A stretch of DNA of 35,592 nucleotides from a virus (taxonomy: Duplodnaviria; Caudoviricetes): positions 1-35,592 of IMG/VR virus record IMGVR_UViG_3300021961_000299, one strand, 5' to 3'. This document shows, piece after piece, positions 1 through 6,429 of the stretch (within the stretch, counting starts at the first letter, position 1; every line of letters starts with the position of its first letter). The translations under genes were made by a program, and so were the position numbers. The notes below the pieces were generated by a model. It saw only the letters and a list, made by a program, of their open reading frames with translations. It was not told where the DNA came from and searched no databases.

Positions 1-223
1 TTCCAACACCAACTAAACTCTCATCCCAAACATCAGTCTCCTTACCATACTGGAAGGTATTAAAGAAAACTGTTTGGAAAGGAGCAACCTTTAGTCTGTT
101 ATTGTCGGAAAACTGAGGTCTCCAGTCTGTCTGGTTTCCCCAGTGATCTGCGATATTATAAACCTCAAAGAGACTTCTCTCCTGGTTTAGAAAGTCCTGT
201 GTGTTCTTATTCCACTGAGCCAT
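1..223 (-). CDS. Partial (3'-truncated by window edge) hypothetical phage protein, possibly virion-associated; begins MAQWNKNTQDFLNQERSLFEVY
   Basis: Not in the ORF track. Hand translation from ATG at 223 stays open to the window edge (74 codons). The ATG overlaps the TAA of the upstream gene (TAATG coupling). Confidence 0.8.
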   Translation of the reverse strand, partial: MAQWNKNTQDFLNQERSLFEVYNIADHWGNQTDWRPQFSDNNRLKVAPFQTVFFNTFQYGKETDVWDESLVGVG

Positions 224-531
224 TAATCACTCCAACCTAGTCTTTCTGGACGATATCTTTGAGAACTCTTGATATTTACTGAACTTTGAGATGCTGGATA
301 AATTTGATGAACAACGGCACCAGGATACTCCCCCTGAAGTTGTTCTGCTAGTTCATTTTTGGAAGGCATAGAACCTTCAATCTCCATTCTATATATTTTA
401 CCTTCCCAGACCACATCAGCGAAATAAGATTCGCTTGCTTGCTCTGATGAAGACCCCCCTACATTAAGGGTGCCATTGAAATCACCATTGATGGTGATAC
501 TTTCGGATAAAAACTGTTCGAAACTTTTCAT
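223..531 (-). CDS. Small hypothetical protein (102 aa) with N-terminal capsid-targeting-like sequence MKSFEQFLSE; candidate internal head protein
   Basis: ORF 223..600 with start moved to ATG 531, 4 nt after the stop of the previous gene. N-terminus resembles the T4 IPII/IPIII targeting sequence MKTYQEFIAE. Confidence 0.75.
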   Translation of the reverse strand: MKSFEQFLSESITINGDFNGTLNVGGSSSEQASESYFADVVWEGKIYRMEIEGSMPSKNELAEQLQGEYPGAVVHQIYPASQSSVNIKSSQRYRPERLGWSD

Positions 532-535
532 TTTA

Positions 536-913
536 CTAAATTTCTGTGGTTGGTTTTCCACCAAATCCTTTTGGTTGATATGGTGACTGTGGATACGCAT
601 ATCTAATTGCTCCTTCTGGTTCTGATTTATTAATTGGCATCCCCGAAGGATTTTCTACATTGATACCTCTAAGTCTCATTTTTGCTTTTCTGGTAGCATA
701 ATCCCTTGCCATGTAATTTACCTTTGGGTCTGTATGAATTCCTGCTGCAAGTCCTAAGTCATTAACAGTATCTCTGATGCTGTTAAATTTATTTTGGACC
801 CTATTTTGAATGCTACCAACAACTTGTCTTGCAAAACCTTTTATTGGATGTTCGGGTTTATTTGCAAAGGGGCTAGTAGTAACCTGTTCGCAAAACTCTT
901 TAAATGTTTTCAT
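536..913 (-). CDS. Small basic hypothetical protein (125 aa) starting MKTFKEFCEQ; candidate internal head protein
   Basis: ORF 536..919 with start at ATG 913, overlapping the upstream TGA (TGATG). The first 7 residues match the T4 IPI N-terminus MKTFKEF. Confidence 0.75.
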   Translation of the reverse strand: MKTFKEFCEQVTTSPFANKPEHPIKGFARQVVGSIQNRVQNKFNSIRDTVNDLGLAAGIHTDPKVNYMARDYATRKAKMRLRGINVENPSGMPINKSEPEGAIRYAYPQSPYQPKGFGGKPTTEI

Positions 914-2673
914 CAGCATCTCCAGCGTTTGCGGGCTTTACAGATTTTTTTCTCTGGGGTCTTAGAGCAATCGATGTTGTGCATCTTTCTCTGCCCATTA
1001 GAGCGAGAACAGAAATTCTTGCGTCTCTCTGCTCTCTTACCAGTTGGGTTCTTCTCAGTTACAGCAGTCTTAAGTTTGGAACCTGGGTTCTCACGCTTGT
1101 AAGCATTAACTGCTTTCTGGGACATTCCATCTGTCTTATCTTTTCTATTGACTTTCTGCCAGTCTTCTTCTAGTTCTTGTCTCCAGTCAGAAAACTCTTC
1201 TTTCTTAATTTTTTCACAACGGTTATAAGTTTTACCAAATAGTTTTTGCGTTCCTACTTTCTTGTACCCCTTCCAACACTTCTTTGCCTCTTCTATCTTC
1301 TGAAGGTTTGAAGGTGGAACTTGAATAGGATCAGCAGTAATTAAGTCTACTGTTTCAATCTCAATTGGTTGAAAGTCATCTCTCCAGTTGGAGAACTCAT
1401 AACCTTCTTTCTTGGTCTTGTTACCCCAGTTCTTAGCACCAACCTTACGGCACTTGACTAATGCACCAGAAGCATATGCACTTGGCCAAATCTTATAACG
1501 TGACTTGACCTTATGGTAGCAAGCGTCCTTCTTTTCTGAGACTACTTCACCTTCTGATTCAAAGTGTGCTTTTAGATCCCTAACTCCTGGTCCAATACCC
1601 TTTAAACCATAAGGATTTTTATATTCTGGTTTTTGTTTTGGTGGTTCGCTACCCTGTCTTTTATCTTTTAGGGTATCGACACCTTCTTCAGAAAGTTCTT
1701 CTCTCCAGTTGGAGTATGACTCTGTTTTATTTTTGTCTTTTTTGGGTTTTGGCATTGGAGATGTAATGGGAATGATGTCTCTTAGTTCTCCACCTGCAGA
1801 TTTTACTGCTTTACCGAAAACAACATTAGGGTTTTGATTTCCCATATAGAAGGCTTCACTGGTTACAATCTTTGCCTTACCTTTTCTATCTGGGTTTGGA
1901 TCTTGTCTACGCTTCCTAGTAGTTCTTCTTTTCTTTTCTTCTGGAGACATTGCTGCCGCATCGTCAGCATCTCTACAGAATGGTTTTGACTTTTGACCTT
2001 TCTGCTTAGCACAAGGTTTTCCTTTATATTTTCCTGATACTTGTACCCAACCATCACCTTTGAACCAGTCACGAAGTGAGTAGTCTTTGTCTTTAGCAGA
2101 CTTACCATCACGATTACCTTCGGTGACAGTTCCTTCCAAACACTGGCAAGGATCTTCATTGCAGATGGGACATGCTTGCTCCATATAAGATGATGCAGCT
2201 TCCGTATCGTGTTCGGCATTTGTAATCTTTGCCTGAACCCAAGCTGGTAAGTTATCCTTGTCAGTCTTTTTAGAAAGAACTTTTGCAAGTTTTTTTAGAT
2301 TGTCTGCAGATTTTTCTACCTGCTTTTTAGCCATTGATACTTCATGATCATCCTTCTCATAGTTCTTTGCTTCTTCCACTTTCTTCCTTCCTTGACAGTG
2401 TGCTCTTTGTGAGAAACCTTTTGGGTTCTTACAGTCGATAGACTTCTTATATTTCTGAGACCAACCTTCGCTTACTGCTCCACCATTACCATTGCTACCG
2501 TTACCGTTACCATTTTTCTTGGTTTCAGTAGACTCTTCTCCAGACTCGGATTCTTCATGCTCATTATCCTTCATCAAACGACCAGAAGGCATAACATGAT
2601 GCCCTACAGGAATCTTTTTACACTTCTTTGAAGTGAAGCAATAATAGTAACCCTTTTTGCAGGATTTTTTCAT
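913..2673 (-). CDS. Modular Lys/Cys-rich hypothetical protein (586 aa); candidate protease-processed internal virion polyprotein
   Basis: Long ORF directly after gp16 with a late-promoter-like motif upstream. Alternating basic Cys-containing blocks and acidic linkers ending in V/I/L-X-E; three [FY]S[ND]WR repeats. Confidence 0.85.
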   Translation of the reverse strand: MKKSCKKGYYYCFTSKKCKKIPVGHHVMPSGRLMKDNEHEESESGEESTETKKNGNGNGSNGNGGAVSEGWSQKYKKSIDCKNPKGFSQRAHCQGRKKVEEAKNYEKDDHEVSMAKKQVEKSADNLKKLAKVLSKKTDKDNLPAWVQAKITNAEHDTEAASSYMEQACPICNEDPCQCLEGTVTEGNRDGKSAKDKDYSLRDWFKGDGWVQVSGKYKGKPCAKQKGQKSKPFCRDADDAAAMSPEEKKRRTTRKRRQDPNPDRKGKAKIVTSEAFYMGNQNPNVVFGKAVKSAGGELRDIIPITSPMPKPKKDKNKTESYSNWREELSEEGVDTLKDKRQGSEPPKQKPEYKNPYGLKGIGPGVRDLKAHFESEGEVVSEKKDACYHKVKSRYKIWPSAYASGALVKCRKVGAKNWGNKTKKEGYEFSNWRDDFQPIEIETVDLITADPIQVPPSNLQKIEEAKKCWKGYKKVGTQKLFGKTYNRCEKIKKEEFSDWRQELEEDWQKVNRKDKTDGMSQKAVNAYKRENPGSKLKTAVTEKNPTGKRAERRKNFCSRSNGQRKMHNIDCSKTPEKKICKARKRWRC

Positions 2674-2678
2674 TATTA

Positions 2679-3110
2679 TTAGTCTTGAGTCTTATTATTA
2701 TTTAGAAAACCTTGCTTGAGTAGTTTCTGAAGTTCTGATGTGGATCCAACAAATACTGCATTGTTTGTGACGGTATTTGGTCCCTTGTTATTAGCAACGT
2801 CTTCCTCTACATCCTTAAGTTTCTTTTGCAAATCAATCAGTTTATCTGTTGTATCGGCAACACTCTTGATTAACTGACCAGCAACTTCATATGCTCTTGG
2901 ACTTCCCCCTTCGCCAGCAAGTTCCATGATTCCATTGATTGCCTCTTGTCCCTTTTCAATAAGAGAATATAAGTTTGCCCTTGTGTATTCATAATCTTTT
3001 TTAATATCAGTCTTCTGCTCAGGTTTTTGAATACTACTTGGAGTATCATCAACCTCAACAATACTACTCTCAACATTGAGAGCTTGATCAATGGAATCAA
3101 ATTCAGACAT
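2679..3110 (-). CDS. gp16: Terminase small (DNA-packaging) subunit, T4 gp16-like
   Basis: Motifs DYEYTRANLYSLIEKGQEAI, SPRAYEVAGQLIK and NNAVFVGSTSELQKLL; 143 aa; follows gp15. Confidence 0.93.
   Translation of the reverse strand: MSEFDSIDQALNVESSIVEVDDTPSSIQKPEQKTDIKKDYEYTRANLYSLIEKGQEAINGIMELAGEGGSPRAYEVAGQLIKSVADTTDKLIDLQKKLKDVEEDVANNKGPNTVTNNAVFVGSTSELQKLLKQGFLNNNKTQD
2699..2706 (-). promoter_or_regulatory. Putative T4-type late promoter variant (TCTAAATA) inside the 3' end of gp16
   Basis: The + strand reads TATTTAGA at 2699-2706, about 25 nt upstream of the 586-aa ORF start. Confidence 0.5.
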
Positions 3111-3116
3111 AAGTTA

Positions 3117-3917
3117 TTAAATATCAGATTGTTGTGTGGGACTATAGGATTTGGAATCACCGAAGTATTCCCAGGTTTCCGTAAATCCAAAGTCATCACC
3201 TGGATTAGCATCAATTGGATCTGGTACTGCTGTGTATCTGACTTCTCTCTTCGCAGTTTGTGTATTTGTATCAGCGTACATATCAACAATAACCTTACGA
3301 ATGAGACCTTCTGGATTATCAGCAACAGGTCCGAACAGATAAGTTTTGGCGGTAAATTGTAAAGTATATATCAGTGCTCTTCTTGTGGAAAAATCACCCT
3401 CATAGTCATCCTGCATTGCAACACTATTCAGAACAACTGGAATATCTCTTTTTTCTCCAATTGACTCTACAAGGTCAATAGTTAAATTGAATGATGGTTG
3501 AAAATAAGGTAAAATCTGTTCAACAACCTGAAGCGCATCATCATTAAGTTTGCAGAAAATACTAAGTTCAAATCCAATATTATATGGTACAGGCATAAAA
3601 ACCTTCTTCATTCGATCATTATTATCGACTGCTCTAAAAGTCTGAGTTATACCAGTTTTTCTAGATGCATCATACTCAATAGAAGTCATTTCGAAAGACA
3701 TTCTAGGTAGAGTAATCTGAACTGGTTTATCCAGATTTGCTTGCTGCTCAAGTCTTGCTAAAAACTTTTGGGCAGGACCATATGCTAATGGAACACTAAT
3801 AACACTATTAATATTTCCACTAGCATCTTTATGTTTGATTTCAATCTGATTAAACAGAGTTCCAAACGCTATAATTGTTTTACGAATAATTTCGTGATAG
3901 TAATAAGTTCCTAACAT
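3117..3917 (-). CDS. gp15: Tail sheath stabiliser/terminator, T4 gp15-like
   Basis: Motifs YYYHEIIRKTIIAFGTLFN, VPLAYGPAQKFLARL, TLPRMSFE, PVPYN and QILPYFQP; synteny 13-14-15-16. Confidence 0.95.
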   Translation of the reverse strand: MLGTYYYHEIIRKTIIAFGTLFNQIEIKHKDASGNINSVISVPLAYGPAQKFLARLEQQANLDKPVQITLPRMSFEMTSIEYDASRKTGITQTFRAVDNNDRMKKVFMPVPYNIGFELSIFCKLNDDALQVVEQILPYFQPSFNLTIDLVESIGEKRDIPVVLNSVAMQDDYEGDFSTRRALIYTLQFTAKTYLFGPVADNPEGLIRKVIVDMYADTNTQTAKREVRYTAVPDPIDANPGDDFGFTETWEYFGDSKSYSPTQQSDI

Positions 3918-5296
3918 TAGTAAGTACCGAATGGATTAGACTCTGAGAAATCGATTATACTGTCTGCCTGCAATTCAATCTCTTCATTTTGCCTGTATTT
4001 ATCTGTCTCTGTGTTTGCCGCAGAAACTTTGGTCTCATAAGCAGCACCAGACTTGGATCCAGTAATAATTTCACCTGGATAGAATGTACCAGTTGTAATA
4101 CCGACTCTAAGGATATTGGTATCGGTATCCCAATTTTTGACTCTTGCTGAAGCACCAGATCTTGAACCAGTTACAACTTCGTTGAACCAGTATGTTCCAA
4201 TACCAGTTGTTGCAGCTGTTGCAACTGTTACGGTTGGTGCAGAGAAGAATCCTGCTCCAGCATCTGTAATATTGATTGAACTTATAGTTCCAGCAGCACT
4301 TACAATTGCCGTTGCAGTCGCTGGTATATTTGGTGAGAGTGATGGTAGTGAGAAAGAAACTGATGGCGCAGTAGAGTATCCAGCACCTCCATTATTAACA
4401 ACAATACTGATAACACCCTTCTTGTCGGTAACGATTCCACAAGTAGCAGCAGCACCAGTTCCACCACCTCCACTGATAGTAATAGTTGGTGCTACGGTAT
4501 ATCCGGCACCAGCATTTGTAAGAATAATTTCTCGAATTGAGGTTATACTATTTCTAGTTGTTGTAATAGCAACTGCTTGAGCATCAGTTCCCCCAGAAGG
4601 TGCCGTTGTAATAGCAACTGTTGGTGTACTTGTGAATCCAGAACCATCATTATTCAGGAATATTTGTCTTACATAACCAGTTCCAATGGTAGCAGTTGCT
4701 GTTGCTCTTGTTCCACTGGAGTACATTGATACGTCAACAATATATCCAATATCTTCTAGAACTTCGTCTATTTCATCAATAGAAGTATCGAGAACTTCAT
4801 CTTCATATTCGAAGAGTTCACACTGAAGTTCATAAACGTAATTTTTACCTAACTGGTAAAAAGGTTTTTCGTGCTCAACAAACTTTACTTCAAATAATCT
4901 CTTTCCAAGAGGGAAATATACTAAATCACCTTCTCTTGGTCTATTAAAAACTGCAATTTCATTATCATCTTCACCTTCCAAAAATGGGGAAATAAAGTCT
5001 TCAAACCTTTCCCTTGATATTACAAGTGATACTTCATCTCTAACACTAACACCAAATTTAGTCATAATATCACCAGCACCACTATAACCATCGTAGTTAT
5101 TGAGATATGCTTCCAATAAGAAGTTATCGTCAAAAACTGACGACTGTATCTCTTCAAGAATAGTTTGTTTTCTTACAAACTTTCTTGGAATATAAGTTAC
5201 TTCAACCCCATATATTTTGAGTTGCTCGTTGATCAACTCTTGTATGAGTCTTTGTTCTCCTGAAGAACCTTGTAAGAAAAAAGGATTAAGTGCCAT
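3917..5296 (-). CDS. gp14: Neck protein, T4 gp14-like, with an internal Gly/Thr/Ala-rich repeat insertion
   Basis: N-terminal MALNPFFLQGS..EQRLIQELINEQLKIYG, RPREGDLVYFP, FEVKFVEHEKPFYQLGKNYVYEL, C-terminal DFSESNPFG. Confidence 0.93.
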   Translation of the reverse strand: MALNPFFLQGSSGEQRLIQELINEQLKIYGVEVTYIPRKFVRKQTILEEIQSSVFDDNFLLEAYLNNYDGYSGAGDIMTKFGVSVRDEVSLVISRERFEDFISPFLEGEDDNEIAVFNRPREGDLVYFPLGKRLFEVKFVEHEKPFYQLGKNYVYELQCELFEYEDEVLDTSIDEIDEVLEDIGYIVDVSMYSSGTRATATATIGTGYVRQIFLNNDGSGFTSTPTVAITTAPSGGTDAQAVAITTTRNSITSIREIILTNAGAGYTVAPTITISGGGGTGAAATCGIVTDKKGVISIVVNNGGAGYSTAPSVSFSLPSLSPNIPATATAIVSAAGTISSINITDAGAGFFSAPTVTVATAATTGIGTYWFNEVVTGSRSGASARVKNWDTDTNILRVGITTGTFYPGEIITGSKSGAAYETKVSAANTETDKYRQNEEIELQADSIIDFSESNPFGTY

Positions 5297-6153
5297 TATC
5301 CAATAAAGTCGAGAGGTGGTAGTTCATAATCCATAGACATGCGAGATTGAATCTCAGCAAGTTCTCTTTCGGCATCATCATATAACTGTCTACCGTTAAG
5401 TTCAATTCCACCAGGAAGTTTTACACCATTGAACTTGATTAAGTTTTGACCCCACTGACGCTTGATGAGAGCAGTCAGATATCTCTTTAAGAAACTATCA
5501 TTATAAACACCAGTATATGAATCTGGATCTAAAATTCTGTGGCAGTCAATAACAATATAATCATTTTCAGTCATACTCTGCCAATCAACATCTAGATATA
5601 ACCTATCTTGCCTCTTGTTATATCTTATCTGCTTATCTGGAGTTAATAGAAAATCAATATCTTCCAAATATGTTTTGGTCATTGCATACTGAAGAAGTTC
5701 AACTGAATTGAAGTAGTAAAGGTCATTCAAAAACAGTTGATACTTGATACTAAACATTCCTCCAGAAATGGAACTAGTATCAAACTTAAAAATCTTTTCA
5801 ATTCCGATAACTGAATCTGGAACTTGAATAAAGTTAGAAGTTTCGTAATAGTTTGAAGTGGTTGTGCCGTATCCACTAATGGATGTTGATGTAGCACTTG
5901 TGGTTACAATACCCGTTGTATTGGTGCTTCCACTCTCATTTGATGCTCTTCCTCTGTCTAAGTCTGCCTGAGTAAATCTATACTTCAGATACATTCTTTC
6001 AACACCATCAAAATGACGCTCCTGAAAATATTGAAGAGCATCATCTACCAGGTCGTCAATTTGATCATCATCAACGTTGATCTCCAACACTGGAGCGCCC
6101 AAACGTCTCAAACAATAATCGATAAGTCCTTGGCGTGTTGATGGTTTTGCCAT
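5296..6153 (-). CDS. gp13: Neck protein, T4 gp13-like
   Basis: Motifs YCLRRLGAPVLEINVDDDQ and KRQWGQNLIKFNGVKLPGGIELNG, C-terminal LPPLDFIG. Confidence 0.95.
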   Translation of the reverse strand: MAKPSTRQGLIDYCLRRLGAPVLEINVDDDQIDDLVDDALQYFQERHFDGVERMYLKYRFTQADLDRGRASNESGSTNTTGIVTTSATSTSISGYGTTTSNYYETSNFIQVPDSVIGIEKIFKFDTSSISGGMFSIKYQLFLNDLYYFNSVELLQYAMTKTYLEDIDFLLTPDKQIRYNKRQDRLYLDVDWQSMTENDYIVIDCHRILDPDSYTGVYNDSFLKRYLTALIKRQWGQNLIKFNGVKLPGGIELNGRQLYDDAERELAEIQSRMSMDYELPPLDFIG

Positions 6154-6371
6154 TAGAATTCCTCAGCAGATAAATTATCCGTCTTTGTAGGTTTTTTTCT
6201 TGTTGATATTTTGCTCAACTCTTCTTCTTGTTCAGCATTTTTCTTCTTTAAAGCTTCAATAGTTTGGTTAGCAACCATAATCTTTGCTTCCAGAGCAACA
6301 GTTTGTGAAAATAAATCTGATGCTTTTTGTTGATATACAAGAATTAGACTTCTATAATCAGTTTCATTCAT
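6153..6371 (-). CDS. Small coiled-coil hypothetical protein (72 aa)
   Basis: ORF 6153..6383; ATG at 6371 preferred because the TTG start lies in the terminator U-tract. Stop is coupled to the gp13 start (TAATG). Confidence 0.8.
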   Translation of the reverse strand: MNETDYRSLILVYQQKASDLFSQTVALEAKIMVANQTIEALKKKNAEQEEELSKISTRKKPTKTDNLSAEEF

Positions 6372-6381
6372 GATTGAATAC

Positions 6382-6406
6382 AAAAAAAGGTGGGACTAGC
6401 CCACCT
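6382..6406 (-). terminator. Rho-independent terminator after the fibre gene
   Basis: Minus strand AGGTGGG-ctagt-CCCACCT (perfect 7-bp stem) followed by a T6 tract. Confidence 0.85.
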
Positions 6407-6407
6407 G

Positions 6408-6415
6408 TATTTATA
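6408..6415 (-). promoter_or_regulatory. T4-type late promoter TATAAATA
   Basis: Perfect consensus, intergenic, upstream of the 72-aa/gp13 unit. Confidence 0.8.
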
Positions 6416-6429
6416 ATCGCTAGTTAATA

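Noticed and set aside
1863-3325. Same-strand alternative-frame ORFs 1863..2288 and 2870..3325
   Set aside because: Fully overlap the 586-aa gene or gp15/gp16; no SD, frameshift signal or recognisable motifs seen.
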